Shown here in pieces: positions 31,084 to 41,506 of a stretch of DNA of 64,000 bases. Source of the stretch: Sulfolobaceae archaeon (GTDB taxonomy: Archaea; Thermoproteota; Thermoprotei_A; Sulfolobales; Sulfolobaceae); the NCBI GenBank assembly GCA_038893355.1, contig JAWARQ010000003.1, positions 96,001 to 160,000 of the forward strand, in the 5' to 3' direction. Within the stretch, counting starts at the first letter, position 1. Every line of letters starts with the position of its first letter. Below the pieces are notes generated by a model that did no database searches, was not told where the DNA came from, and was given only the letters and a program-made list of their open reading frames with translations. The position numbers and the translations under genes are program-made.

Positions 31084-32350
31084 TAGATAGACCTATTAAT
31101 AATAGTAAAATTGCAGTGAACCACTGACCATAGATTGCATTCATAAATGACGAGAAAATAATTATATAACCAATTACCCTTAAAATTTCTGGAAATTCTT
31201 CCTCTGTCTTCTTAAATTTAGGAGTTACCTTCCATGAATACTTACACTTAAAGATTCCTTTTAAATATCCTATTAAACTTGCAAATGTTGTTACTAACGC
31301 TATTCTAAAATTACCACTTACTTTAGAAATATTTTGATATATAGCTATGCATATAAAATAAATTATTAAAGAAGTAAAATATGTAAAATAGCTAATATTT
31401 AATATTGGTTGAAATATAGCAAAAATTAGTAGTACAAAGAAGAATAGACTATTGATAAACCATTGTGAAATATAAAAAAATGCCTCTATCCCATTTAATC
31501 CCCTCTTAATTAATTTAAGTGAAGTAAGAAATAATTCTCCAGAACCATAGGCCCATCTTTCAATTTGTCTGTAAAGATCTGAATTAGTATAAGGAGCAAG
31601 AACACTCACTTTTACTTCGTCAATATAATTAACTTTATAATTATTATAAAAAAGACGTATCCCTAATTCAAGGTCTTCTGTAACTTGACTCTTCCAGAAC
31701 CCTATATTTTCTAAAACACTCTTTTCTATAACTAGAGCTGAACCATTTGGAAAAATAGGCAACCCTAATACATGTCTACCCTTAAATAAAGAATTCATTA
31801 CAAATTCATTCATTGAGGAATAAATCTTTGGAATTATGCCCTCATTATGATTTCTTATTTCTAATCTTAATGCATTAATTTTCTCAATTTTATTAGTTAG
31901 TTTTATTAAAAAATCTTTTTCAATTCTAGCATCAGCATCTAAAAATACTAAATAAGTACCCTTTGCCTCTTTGCATCCGAGGTTCAGTGCACCTGCCTTT
32001 CCATCTTTCGGATTATCTCTTCTAATTATTTTAAAATTATATGGAATAGAAATACCATTAAAAATTTCATTAAATTTTTTTTCATCATCATCAGATATAA
32101 TTATTACCTCATATTTTTTCCAATTTAGTTCTTTAAGATTATCAATTAACTGTTTTATTACATCTCTGTTCTCATTTTTTATTGCAACTATAATACTATA
32201 ATAAATATCATCTTTCTGTTCCTTTTTATTATTATATAAATTAATAAATCTATTATATAAAAATGAGTATTTATAATAAATAATTTGAAGGATGAGCCAT
32301 ATCGATGAGATTATAGACGATAAAATTAAAATAAAATCAAAAATTTTCAT
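31076..32350 (-). CDS. Processive GT2 glycosyltransferase (cellulose synthase-like)
   Basis: KAGALN, DAD, TED and QIERW (QxxRW) motifs; TM helices. Confidence 0.9.
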   Translation of the reverse strand: MKIFDFILILSSIISSIWLILQIIYYKYSFLYNRFINLYNNKKEQKDDIYYSIIVAIKNENRDVIKQLIDNLKELNWKKYEVIIISDDDEKKFNEIFNGISIPYNFKIIRRDNPKDGKAGALNLGCKEAKGTYLVFLDADARIEKDFLIKLTNKIEKINALRLEIRNHNEGIIPKIYSSMNEFVMNSLFKGRHVLGLPIFPNGSALVIEKSVLENIGFWKSQVTEDLELGIRLFYNNYKVNYIDEVKVSVLAPYTNSDLYRQIERWAYGSGELFLTSLKLIKRGLNGIEAFFYISQWFINSLFFFVLLIFAIFQPILNISYFTYFTSLIIYFICIAIYQNISKVSGNFRIALVTTFASLIGYLKGIFKCKYSWKVTPKFKKTEEEFPEILRVIGYIIIFSSFMNAIYGQWFTAILLLLIGLSII

Positions 32351-32865
32351 TTTTTACTTGCTCTCTCTATAGCTATCTTAATTCTTTGCTTAGCATCTTC
32401 AGCACTTCCCCATCCAGAAACTTTTACCCACTTTCCAGGCTCGAGTTCCTTATAATGTTCAAAGAAGTGAATTATTTTATTCTTTATAGATTCTGGAATA
32501 TCCTTTACGTCCCTTATATTAGAATAAGTCGGATCTACTTTATCCTTTGGTACTGCAACTATCTTTGCATCTTCACCTTCTTCATCTCTCATAAATAATA
32601 TCCCAACTGGCCTAACCTCTATTACAGACCCTGGCATTAATGGATAATTACCAATTACTAATACGTCTAAAGGATCACCATCCTCTTCTAGCGTGCCTGG
32701 AATAAAACCATAGTTAAATGGATAGAACATTGCAGTATAGAGTATTCTATCTACCTTTACCACACCTTCCTCCTCATCGAACTCATACTTTACATTAGAT
32801 CCCATTGGTATTTCTATTAATACATTCACGATATTTGGAGCCTCTTTACCCGGGCCTAATTTCAT
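32347..32865 (-). CDS. ppa: Inorganic pyrophosphatase
   Basis: [16 protein letters not shown] and FFEHYKELE motifs. Confidence 0.97.
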   Translation of the reverse strand: MKLGPGKEAPNIVNVLIEIPMGSNVKYEFDEEEGVVKVDRILYTAMFYPFNYGFIPGTLEEDGDPLDVLVIGNYPLMPGSVIEVRPVGILFMRDEEGEDAKIVAVPKDKVDPTYSNIRDVKDIPESIKNKIIHFFEHYKELEPGKWVKVSGWGSAEDAKQRIKIAIERASKK

Positions 32866-32880
32866 TTATCACACCTATTC

Positions 32881-33429
32881 CTAACTATTCTCGGTGCTTT
32901 TTATTATTTCAAATACTTTCTCTTTAATAGAAACAAATACTCCATCATTTAAAATCTCTTCAATTTCTCTTATACTGGAAGAAATAATGTCATCAACATT
33001 AAAGCCCATCTTCTTATATCTAATAGCCTGTAAGCAAGTGGATAATTTATCACTTAGCCTTGCTATTCTTCCTTCAATGCTCAAGCCTTTATAATATTCT
33101 TCATATAATTCGATATTAGCATTAAGTTCTTTGATTGCTTTGATTTCCAAATTTATTTTCTCAGTTTTATTCATACTCTGAGTAGTCCATCTAGGAAGAT
33201 CACCCATGATTGATTCAGCTATGTCATGAAAAAGGGCTATCACAGAAGCTCTATCTGGATTTACCTTAACTCCTAGTTTCAATAACTCGTTTGAAATCTC
33301 ATAAGCTAATATTGCTGCTTCAAATGAATGAGAAGCAACAGTTTCCCCTATCGCTGGTGGTATGCCATGTTGCATCCATCCAGTTCTAACTAAATTCTTC
33401 GAGCTAACTAAGATTTTCTCTAGATTCAT
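32881..33429 (-). CDS. HD-domain hydrolase (5'-deoxynucleotidase-like)
   Basis: RTGW, ETVASHS, FHDIAE..GD and DKL motifs. Confidence 0.88.
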   Translation of the reverse strand: MNLEKILVSSKNLVRTGWMQHGIPPAIGETVASHSFEAAILAYEISNELLKLGVKVNPDRASVIALFHDIAESIMGDLPRWTTQSMNKTEKINLEIKAIKELNANIELYEEYYKGLSIEGRIARLSDKLSTCLQAIRYKKMGFNVDDIISSSIREIEEILNDGVFVSIKEKVFEIIKSTENS

Positions 33430-33438
33430 TATAATTAC

Positions 33439-34782
33439 CTATAAGTTATTGCATAATGACTTTAATATATCCATCATTTCATATATATTCGAAGTCCATA
33501 ATCTTATCATCGCCTCTTTACCCTTTGCGCCTTTATCATATATTACGTTCGGAAAATTTTTCCCATACTCTTCATAAACTTTCTCAACAATCCATTGCAT
33601 AGTCTTACCTTCACCATGAGGTGGTTCTAATTCTCGATTTATCTCAACAACTTCATACCCATATGTCTTTAAGATATTTATTATTCTCTCATCATATCTT
33701 ATATTAATTAAAGTATTTGCATTTACACCCTTAGATATTATTGATAATAATAATCTTGCAGTGTGCGTTGGCTTTCCAAATATTGGTGGCATTCCAACTC
33801 TAACTTTATTATCCCACTCTCTCACTATTCTCCCCTTAAAAGTTGCTATATCCTCTAGTCCTTCAACATAATTAGGATTAATGCTATGAGCTAAGTTAGA
33901 TTGAACTTCAGGAATTAAAAGATAAAACTTTTCTAAAGAATTTACAAATTCTGAAAATTCAATCATTTCTTGTATAACATCATACTTCATTGACTTCTTC
34001 TCGAGAATAACCATAGGGTCAATAGGACCAATCCCTTGACCTATTTCTAATCCATATCTTATTGCATTATAAACTAATTCCTTAGACTTTAAGAATGCAG
34101 CTCTTATATCAAAACCTTTAATTAGGTATCCTAAAATTGCAGAGGCAAATACGCTTCCCGTACCATGTGTATGCTTTTTATTAATTCTCGGATATCCTAT
34201 TTGATAAATTTCGTTAGATGAAGATATTAAAACATCAAAGCTCCATTCTCCTACTAAATGACCACCTTTCACGATAACACTATCAACATTATACTCTTCC
34301 TTAATTTTCATTCCTGCTTTTATCGCATCATCTATACTCTTTATATTTATACCAGAAAGTAATGAAGCCTCTGGTGCATTTGGAGTTACAACAGTAGCTT
34401 CTTTTATTATTAACCTTTTATAATCATCCAGATCTTTAATAAGTTGAGTACCATCCTTTGCATAAATTACTGGGTCTACAACAAAAGGTTTTATATCTTT
34501 TAATAATCCACTAACTACTTCAAACTGAGATTTGTCATAAATCATTCCTAATTTTACTCCTTTTATTTTAAAGTCCTCTCTTAAAGTCTCTATTTGCCTT
34601 TTCAGAAATTCAGCTGGAATTGGTAAAATTTGTTTTATACCTTGTGTATTTTGTGCTGTTATTGCAGTTATTGCTATTAAACCATGAATACCCAAGATTT
34701 CAAGCGTCTTTAAATCTGCTTCAGCACCAGCACCATTACCAGTATCTATCCCTGCCACACTAAGTGCCACTTCTTTCCTCAA
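33439..34782 (-). CDS. thiDN: Bifunctional HMP/HMP-P kinase - ThiN thiamine-phosphate synthase
   Basis: GAGAEADLKT, TPNAPEA and HTHGTG motifs; C-terminal ThiN domain (IPEVQSNL, HTAR, GKEAMIR). Confidence 0.92.
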   Translation of the reverse strand: MRKEVALSVAGIDTGNGAGAEADLKTLEILGIHGLIAITAITAQNTQGIKQILPIPAEFLKRQIETLREDFKIKGVKLGMIYDKSQFEVVSGLLKDIKPFVVDPVIYAKDGTQLIKDLDDYKRLIIKEATVVTPNAPEASLLSGINIKSIDDAIKAGMKIKEEYNVDSVIVKGGHLVGEWSFDVLISSSNEIYQIGYPRINKKHTHGTGSVFASAILGYLIKGFDIRAAFLKSKELVYNAIRYGLEIGQGIGPIDPMVILEKKSMKYDVIQEMIEFSEFVNSLEKFYLLIPEVQSNLAHSINPNYVEGLEDIATFKGRIVREWDNKVRVGMPPIFGKPTHTARLLLSIISKGVNANTLINIRYDERIINILKTYGYEVVEINRELEPPHGEGKTMQWIVEKVYEEYGKNFPNVIYDKGAKGKEAMIRLWTSNIYEMMDILKSLCNNL

Positions 34783-35467
34783 TTCTCCTCACCCTAGTAC
34801 TTCCTGCTACAACCCAGTATTCTCCATCATCTCTAATTTCTAATTTCCATATCCCAGTAGTATGTTTAACTAACTCAAGCGCCTCTTCTACAGCCTTGAA
34901 AGTTTCATGTCTATCTTTCCCAATTCCTATAATAAGTATAACATCTTCTCCAGGCTTCATATCGCCTATTGAATGAAAGATTTTAATGTTAGTTATAGAT
35001 TTATATTTCCTTTTAATTTCTTCTTGGATCTCAATGAGTCTCTTTCTAGTATATTCTTCGTAACTTTGATATCTTAGCTCAAAAACTCTATGATTTTCAA
35101 CAACACCCTTTACAAAACCAATGTATATAACCATTGAACCAGAATCAATAGTTGCTTCTTCTCTTGCCTTCCTTATCTCTTCTAGTACGTCTAGTTTTCC
35201 ATAAACTATCGATCCGCCAGATGGTGGTGGTAAAAATGCAATCTCATCATTTTCGTTAATCTCATCCACATTCTGCTTGCCATTTATCAAAATTATAATT
35301 TTTATACCATTATATCCTTCTTTAATTATCTTACCAAAATTCTCACCATATCTCTCAGCTAATTGTTCTACTAGACAATCAATTTTCTTACATGTTGTAT
35401 CTATGTACTCCTCGCTTTTCCTTGTAAAATCTGTAAGAAATGCAAAGTATCTTACTTTTACTTTCAT
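34760..35467 (-). CDS. MoaD-MoaE fusion (molybdopterin synthase)
   Basis: Ubiquitin-like N-domain ending PPPSGG, then MoaE domain (IWKLE). Confidence 0.9.
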   Translation of the reverse strand: MKVKVRYFAFLTDFTRKSEEYIDTTCKKIDCLVEQLAERYGENFGKIIKEGYNGIKIIILINGKQNVDEINENDEIAFLPPPSGGSIVYGKLDVLEEIRKAREEATIDSGSMVIYIGFVKGVVENHRVFELRYQSYEEYTRKRLIEIQEEIKRKYKSITNIKIFHSIGDMKPGEDVILIIGIGKDRHETFKAVEEALELVKHTTGIWKLEIRDDGEYWVVAGSTRVRRIEERSGT

Positions 35468-35502
35468 TAGCTCCCAGTAATATAATAATCTTTCAGCATA
35501 AT

Positions 35503-35946
35503 ATGGATGATTTATTAGAAGTATTAGAAAGTTTAGAGCATAGTAAGAAGGTTAATGATAACATTAGATATGACTTTTTGAAGAAACTAGATGAGATTAA
35601 TTCTAATCTTCAATTTTTAATAAAATTATTCTTATCTAGTAATAAGAAAGATAATGATAATACTTCTAATTTATGTAATAATGTTCTTGAAAAAGGTTTT
35701 ATCATTACTAATAATATAAAAAAGAATTTGCATCCCAATTATTTTATATTAGAATTAACTAATAATGAATATTTTGTAACATTTACAGAAATTATTGAAT
35801 TACTCAAATTCTATTTCGAAAAGTATGACGACGAGGAAGAATTAATAAATAATATGCCTAAAAAATTATTAAATTTATTTCATTTTTTAAAAAGAAACGG
35901 TCTGGTATATTATGATAGGGAAAAAAGGAGATATAAGTTAGTTTAA
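35503..35946 (+). CDS. Hypothetical protein with winged-helix-like C-terminus
   Basis: Probable start at ATG 35503, which avoids overlap with moaDE; C-terminus LFHFLKRNGLVYYD. Confidence 0.6.
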   Translation: MDDLLEVLESLEHSKKVNDNIRYDFLKKLDEINSNLQFLIKLFLSSNKKDNDNTSNLCNNVLEKGFIITNNIKKNLHPNYFILELTNNEYFVTFTEIIELLKFYFEKYDDEEELINNMPKKLLNLFHFLKRNGLVYYDREKRRYKLV

Positions 35947-35959
35947 TACAATTCATTTC

Positions 35960-36715
35960 ATGGTTGATATCGAAATAGTGGTTCCAATAAGTATTTCAGG
36001 AGTATGGATTCCAAGGTTCCATGAACTACCAGAGTATACTGGATCTTTAGGTATTGCATTAGTTTTAGAACCACCAATAATTGCTATGCCAAGAAAATCA
36101 GGATTAAAATTAATTTATAATAATTATATTATTAGTAATTTTCCTAATTTAAATATATTAAAGAATTTAGGTGAGTTAAGCCTGATAATCGAATCTAAAG
36201 TTCCTTTAGGTTATGGATATGGTGTAAGTGCATCAATAAGCTTAGCTTATGCATTAGCTGCTTATGAATATGGATACGCAGATCTTAAAAGGGCTTTAAT
36301 TACCGCTCATGTCAGTGAAGTAGTTAATAAAAATGGTTTAGGAGATGTTATAGTACAGTGGGCTGGTGGGGGTTTAGTTTATAGGAAAAAACCAGGTGCA
36401 CCATTTATCGGAGAAGTAGAGAAAATAGATACTAATTTTAAAGGATTAATTTACTCAAAACCCTTAGAAAAAATACCAACTTCAACTATAATCAGAGAAA
36501 CACCTGCAGAAGATTTAATTAATGAGTTCTTAAAATTTAAAAGCATTGAGAAATTCTTTGAAGTTGCAAGAAAGTTCAATGAGAGATTAGGATTTATTAC
36601 AGAATATCCTAATTCCTTTAGAAAGAAAGGAGTAATAGTTATATTAGGTAATCCTACACTATCAGAATCATGGATAAAACACAATCTAGCAAAGTATGGA
36701 GCATACGTTCGTTAA
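35960..36715 (+). CDS. Pantoate kinase (GHMP family)
   Basis: [14 protein letters not shown] and AHVSEV...GLGDV motifs; adjacent to PPS and panB. Confidence 0.88.
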   Translation: MVDIEIVVPISISGVWIPRFHELPEYTGSLGIALVLEPPIIAMPRKSGLKLIYNNYIISNFPNLNILKNLGELSLIIESKVPLGYGYGVSASISLAYALAAYEYGYADLKRALITAHVSEVVNKNGLGDVIVQWAGGGLVYRKKPGAPFIGEVEKIDTNFKGLIYSKPLEKIPTSTIIRETPAEDLINEFLKFKSIEKFFEVARKFNERLGFITEYPNSFRKKGVIVILGNPTLSESWIKHNLAKYGAYVR

Positions 36716-37470
36716 TTCCTGATAATCACCCAAGGCGAGAATCTTTACTAGTAAGAGAAAAGATTGTAGAGGCTATGGAAAAAGGTGTAGTTATTCCACA
36801 AGGACTTATAGCTCACGGTAGAGGTGAATGTTTTGATTATTTAATAGGTGAGAAAACTCAGCCATTTGCGGAGAAAGCGATCTCAGCAGCTGCAGCTCTA
36901 CTATTACTAGCACAATATCCCGTTATTTCAGTTAACGGTAATGTTGCTGCATTAGTACCTAAAGAAATTGTCAAAATTGCTGAAGAGTTGAATGCAAAAA
37001 TCGAGGTTAACATATTTTATAGATCGTTAGAAAGAGAAAAAGCCATAGAAAGTGTATTAAAGGATGCAGGTGCAAAGGAAGTCCTTGGAGTAGGAGAAGA
37101 CGCTTCAGAAGTAATTCCAGAGTTATTTAGTGAGAGACGAAGAGTCAGTAAGAGAGGAATTTTTAGTGCAGATGTAGTCCTCTTAGGATTAGAAGACGGT
37201 GATAGGACTCAAGCTCTAGTAAAAATGGGTAAAAAGGTTATAGCGATAGATATAAATCCCCTTTCAAGAACCTCTATAACTGCAAATATAACTATAATTG
37301 ATAATATAATACGGGCAATGCCAAAGTTATTGGATAAGATAAGGGAGTATAAAGGAAAAAGTAAAGAAGAATTACAAAAAATTATAGAAAATTATGATAA
37401 TAAGCAAGTATTAAGGGAAAGTATACTATTTATTAGAGATAGATTACTTCAGCTCTCTAAAGATCTATAA
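36670..37470 (+). CDS. Phosphopantothenate synthetase (archaeal)
   Basis: [24 protein letters not shown] and LEDGDR motifs. Confidence 0.93.
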   Translation: MDKTQSSKVWSIRSLIPDNHPRRESLLVREKIVEAMEKGVVIPQGLIAHGRGECFDYLIGEKTQPFAEKAISAAAALLLLAQYPVISVNGNVAALVPKEIVKIAEELNAKIEVNIFYRSLEREKAIESVLKDAGAKEVLGVGEDASEVIPELFSERRRVSKRGIFSADVVLLGLEDGDRTQALVKMGKKVIAIDINPLSRTSITANITIIDNIIRAMPKLLDKIREYKGKSKEELQKIIENYDNKQVLRESILFIRDRLLQLSKDL

Positions 37471-38246
37471 TTTTCTTTACTTGGGAATTTACCTTCTTTC
37501 ACATCACTTATAAAATTATTGATAGCATCCTTAATTAATTTATAAAGTTCTAAATACGCCTTAGCAAAATAAGGTCTATTTTCACTGAATCCTAATAGAT
37601 CATGTATTACTAAGATTTGTCCATCACAATATGGTCCAGATCCAATACATATAGTGGGTACTTTAACGGTTTCGGTAATAGTTTTAGCAACTTCTGCATA
37701 AGTATTCTCAATTACTATTGAAAATACTCCTACCCTCTCTAAAGCTTTTGCGTCCTCAATAAGCTGATCATAATTCTCCTTTCCCATAATTCTATAGCCT
37801 CCTAATTTTAAATATCGTTGAGGAGTAAGTCCTATGTGCCCCATAACTGGAATTCCTGCCCTAATAATTGCCTTAACTACATCTAAAAATTCTTCACCAC
37901 CCTCAATTTTTACAGCATCTGCACCATTTTTCACCAATTTTCCAGCATTCTCTACTGCTTCCTCAACGGACTTTTCATAGCTTAAGAAAGGCATGTCGGC
38001 TACGATTAGCTGTGGAGGGTTAGCCCTAACTACTGCCCTTAGGTGGTGAATAATTTCACTAAGCTTTACTGGCAAAGTTGAATTATACCCTAACACTACC
38101 ATTCCCAAAGAATCACCAACTAAAATTCCATCTAGTTGTGTTGTTGAAATTATCTTTGTAGTGGGATAATCATAGGAAGTTAGCATTACTATCTTCTCTC
38201 TTTGAGACTTCTTTTTAAGAAAATCCCTTATCGTAATCTTTTTCAT
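37449..38246 (-). CDS. panB: Ketopantoate hydroxymethyltransferase
   Basis: [19 protein letters not shown] and GHIGLTPQ motifs. Confidence 0.97.
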   Translation of the reverse strand: MKKITIRDFLKKKSQREKIVMLTSYDYPTTKIISTTQLDGILVGDSLGMVVLGYNSTLPVKLSEIIHHLRAVVRANPPQLIVADMPFLSYEKSVEEAVENAGKLVKNGADAVKIEGGEEFLDVVKAIIRAGIPVMGHIGLTPQRYLKLGGYRIMGKENYDQLIEDAKALERVGVFSIVIENTYAEVAKTITETVKVPTICIGSGPYCDGQILVIHDLLGFSENRPYFAKAYLELYKLIKDAINNFISDVKEGKFPSKENYRSLES

Positions 38247-38283
38247 TTATAATAGTCTAAAGTATAGTGAATTATAAGTTAAA

Positions 38284-38958
38284 ATGTATTGTGGAGAGCT
38301 CTCAGAGACATGCTGGCTAAATTTTTATCATCAAATTAGAAAGATTTTCGGATTTAATTATATACAAGATTATAAAGCAGCAGAAATAGCAAATATGTTA
38401 ATTTCAGAAGATTTGGAAAATGTTTTAGAAAATAAAATTAGTGGAAAAACTGTTGCAATAATAGGTGCTGGACCTAATCTTGAAAATCTAAAAGAAAGGC
38501 CAAATGAAGAGGTTATCATAGCTGCTGATGGCGCATCGAACTATTTGGCTAATAAGTTAGGAATTTTACCAGATATAGTAGTTACTGACCTAGATGGTAT
38601 AGAGAAGTTTTATAGGGGAATTTTATATATAATTCATGCACATGGAGATAACATTCACCTTTTATTAAGGTTAGGAAGGTTAGATAATGCAGTAGTAACT
38701 GCGCAAGTAGAACCTTTTGGCAAATTAAAGTTATATGGGGGATTTACTGATGGTGATAGGGCGGTTGTAATTGCTTATCGCTTCGGCGCTTCAAGAATAA
38801 GAATATATGGAATGGATTTTGAATCTGGATTAGTTGGCAAGTATTCGAAACCTTATTTAAGGGAGCATACCCCCGCAAGTTACATTAAGAGGAAGAAATT
38901 AAAAATAGCAAAGTTAATTATAGAGAATATTATTGATAAGTATAAAACTAATCCCTAA
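38284..38958 (+). CDS. 6-hydroxymethyl-7,8-dihydropterin pyrophosphokinase, MptE-like
   Basis: AADGA, VTDLDG, HAHGDN and GGFTDGDRA motifs. Confidence 0.88.
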   Translation: MYCGELSETCWLNFYHQIRKIFGFNYIQDYKAAEIANMLISEDLENVLENKISGKTVAIIGAGPNLENLKERPNEEVIIAADGASNYLANKLGILPDIVVTDLDGIEKFYRGILYIIHAHGDNIHLLLRLGRLDNAVVTAQVEPFGKLKLYGGFTDGDRAVVIAYRFGASRIRIYGMDFESGLVGKYSKPYLREHTPASYIKRKKLKIAKLIIENIIDKYKTNP

Positions 38959-38993
38959 GCTAGATTTATTAATTATAAGTAATTAATAATAAT

Positions 38994-39074
38994 AACGAGT
39001 AATGGGGTATCTAGCCCTCGGACTGCCTAGTAAGGCTGTATGATGAGGGTTTCCTGCCGTGGCTTCACGTTACA
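38994..39074 (+). ncRNA. H/ACA-type pseudouridylation guide RNA with K-turn
   Basis: Single hairpin with lower stem, internal pocket (GGGTATCT / TCCTG), upper stem AGCCCTC/GAGGGTT and K-turn (CGGA + ATGATGA). ACA at 39072-39074 is followed by a T5 run. TATA-like TTTATTAA about 25 bp upstream. Confidence 0.75.
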
Positions 39075-39107
39075 TTTTTATTGCTTCTTTACAACCCACA
39101 TTAGAAA

Positions 39108-39836
39108 ATGAATTCAGATTTAATTTATCCCATGCAATTACTATACTCTTTACTAATGTTAACACATACTTCAATTCTTGATATTAAGTATAGGGAAATA
39201 GAGCCAAAAATATGGTTAATCTATTTACCTTTAATAATTTTTTTATATTTTAATATTCAAAAACTTAATTTAACGATATATTTAATTTCGTTAATAATTA
39301 CTAACTTATTAGTTTATATATTGTATAAACTTTCAATGCTAGGTGGAGCTGATGTAATAGCTACAGCTTTATTATCATTAGGAAATTCATCAGTATCACC
39401 ATTAATATATTTAAATAATTTGGTAACTATAGGACTAGAACCATTGGTCTTACTACTATACTCATCACTTATCATTGCAATAGTAGGAATTATAAACTTT
39501 GCCAGAAATTTTAAGTATACGAAGAATATGAAAATATATGATAGAATATTATTAGCATTTAATGGTAAAAGAATGAAAGTAAAAGATTTTATAACTAGTA
39601 AATTTTATTTCCCACTAACAATTATAGATGAAAAAGGAAATATTTCAATAAGAACGAATTTTTCTATCGAAGAAGATGATAAGTACTGGAGGGATATGTA
39701 TAGAGAGCTTGTTAAGAAAGGTATAATAAGTGAGGATGAGTACATTTGGGTATCTTGGGGAGTTCCAGTATTGCCATTTATTAGTATTGGTTACATAGTT
39801 AGCATAATTATAGGATTCCCTATATATCAAAAATAA
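39108..39836 (+). CDS. pibD: Prepilin/prearchaellin peptidase (A24)
   Basis: SILDIKYREI, GGAD and WVSWGVPVLPFI motifs. Confidence 0.9.
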   Translation: MNSDLIYPMQLLYSLLMLTHTSILDIKYREIEPKIWLIYLPLIIFLYFNIQKLNLTIYLISLIITNLLVYILYKLSMLGGADVIATALLSLGNSSVSPLIYLNNLVTIGLEPLVLLLYSSLIIAIVGIINFARNFKYTKNMKIYDRILLAFNGKRMKVKDFITSKFYFPLTIIDEKGNISIRTNFSIEEDDKYWRDMYRELVKKGIISEDEYIWVSWGVPVLPFISIGYIVSIIIGFPIYQK

Positions 39837-39867
39837 ATTAAAGGAGTGAGGTATATATAAAAATAAA

Positions 39868-40677
39868 TTGTATATTTCAAAGATATTAATAGTAGGTAGT
39901 AAGAATACGAGAACTAGAAAGATATTAGAAACCTCTTTAAAAGAACTAGGTTATTTTGTAAATTATAAAAATAGTAACGGAATTATATATATAGGGAATT
40001 TAAGTAAAAAAATATTATTAAAATTATTAAATAATAAAGCTAAGATTATAATATTTGTAGATACTAACGGAGAGTATGTTATTCCACTAACTGGCGAAGA
40101 GAGAGGTGGGAGTATTATTGGTGGTATAATCGCGGATATATTAAATGCACAATTAATACTGACCTCTAAATTCTCGGAAAAAGGTTTAATTAGCATAAAG
40201 GAGTTTTGTTGGATTAATGCATTGAAACCATTAAATTCCTATAAAATAAAAGAAATAAATAATAAATTTATAAGAAATAAATTAATTAAAATATACAATG
40301 ATGATTTAACTAGAGACTATTACATACCTGATGGATATGAAAGTACAAATTCCCCTGAAAATGCAGATATAATTATCAGCGAAAAAAACTATTGGCTAAA
40401 AGAGAAGTTAATTCTAAAGCCTATTCAAGTAATAGTTGGAGTATTATATAAGAAGAATGTACCAGAGCAGGTTATAAAAAATGTCATAGAACTAACAAAT
40501 AAGTCAATTGGAATCTCGCCAAGAAGAGTAGATAAGATAATTCGTAAAGAATTTGAAGAGGATATAAAATTAAATATATGTAAAAGTTTGTTATTAACAA
40601 ATAATGCGAGAATAATACTTAAACCCAGTAAAAGAGCACTTAACGTATATACATGCCTAGGAGTTAGTTCTTTTTAA
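39868..40677 (+). CDS. CbiG-like protein (divergent)
   Basis: VDTNGEYVIPLTGEERGG...IADILNAQLILTS resembles the CbiG N-domain; TTG start; C-terminal part weak. Confidence 0.6.
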   Translation: MYISKILIVGSKNTRTRKILETSLKELGYFVNYKNSNGIIYIGNLSKKILLKLLNNKAKIIIFVDTNGEYVIPLTGEERGGSIIGGIIADILNAQLILTSKFSEKGLISIKEFCWINALKPLNSYKIKEINNKFIRNKLIKIYNDDLTRDYYIPDGYESTNSPENADIIISEKNYWLKEKLILKPIQVIVGVLYKKNVPEQVIKNVIELTNKSIGISPRRVDKIIRKEFEEDIKLNICKSLLLTNNARIILKPSKRALNVYTCLGVSSF

Positions 40678-40970
40678 ACATCTAACGAGATTTTATATAG
40701 TTTAATATTATTTTGCAATTTTTATCTCTTCATTTCTTATTATCTACTTAGATAGAAAATAAGCACTAGAGAAAAGGTTTATGAAGATCATGAAATTTAA
40801 TTATTTCCCGATAAATACTTTAAGAGAACATTGACTTAATATAAAGGTTTAAAATAACTTAATTAATTATATATTATTAAAAGTAAAATTAAATAATAAT
40901 TTCTTATAAATTTTTAAACCCTGATATTTACTCTAAAAATTCTTAAGGCTAAAGTTTATTTTACGTATAC

Positions 40971-41480
40971 ATGCCAATAGAAGAGTATTTAGGTAAAAGA
41001 CCTAAAATATCTCCAAGAGCATGGGTTCATCCTACTGCTTATATTATAGGCGATGTAGAGATAGGAGAAATGAGTAGCATCTGGCATTATGTTGTGATAA
41101 GGGGTGATAATGATAAGATAAGAATAGGAAAGTATTCTAACATTCAAGAAAATTCAACTGTACATACAGATTTAAATAATCCAGTAGAGATCGGCGATAT
41201 GGTAACAGTTGGTCACAATGCAGTGATCCATGGAGCAAAGATAGAATCTCATGTGATAGTAGGTATGGGTGCAATTCTCCTAAATGGATGCAAGATAGGA
41301 GAATACACTATAATAGGTGCTGGTGCTGTTGTTACACAAAATACAGAAATACCACCCTACAGTTTAGCACTAGGAGTACCAGCTAAAGTTATAAGAAAAT
41401 TAAGGGAAGATGAAATAAAAATGATAGACTCAAATGCTGAAGAATATGTAGCTCATGTGAGGAGATTTCTAAAATTATAA
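40971..41480 (+). CDS. Gamma-carbonic anhydrase family (hexapeptide repeat) protein
   Basis: IRGD, NIQENSTVH and TVGHNAVIHG motifs. Confidence 0.93.
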   Translation: MPIEEYLGKRPKISPRAWVHPTAYIIGDVEIGEMSSIWHYVVIRGDNDKIRIGKYSNIQENSTVHTDLNNPVEIGDMVTVGHNAVIHGAKIESHVIVGMGAILLNGCKIGEYTIIGAGAVVTQNTEIPPYSLALGVPAKVIRKLREDEIKMIDSNAEEYVAHVRRFLKL

Positions 41481-41506
41481 AACATAACTTAAATTCTCTT
41501 ACAAAA

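Noticed and set aside
34760-35467. MoaD-MoaE fusion as a novelty
   Set aside because: This fusion is already known in archaea and bacteria.
40678-40970. AT-rich 290-bp gap as origin, CRISPR leader or MITE
   Set aside because: I found no ORB-like motifs, repeat-spacer units or terminal inverted repeats.
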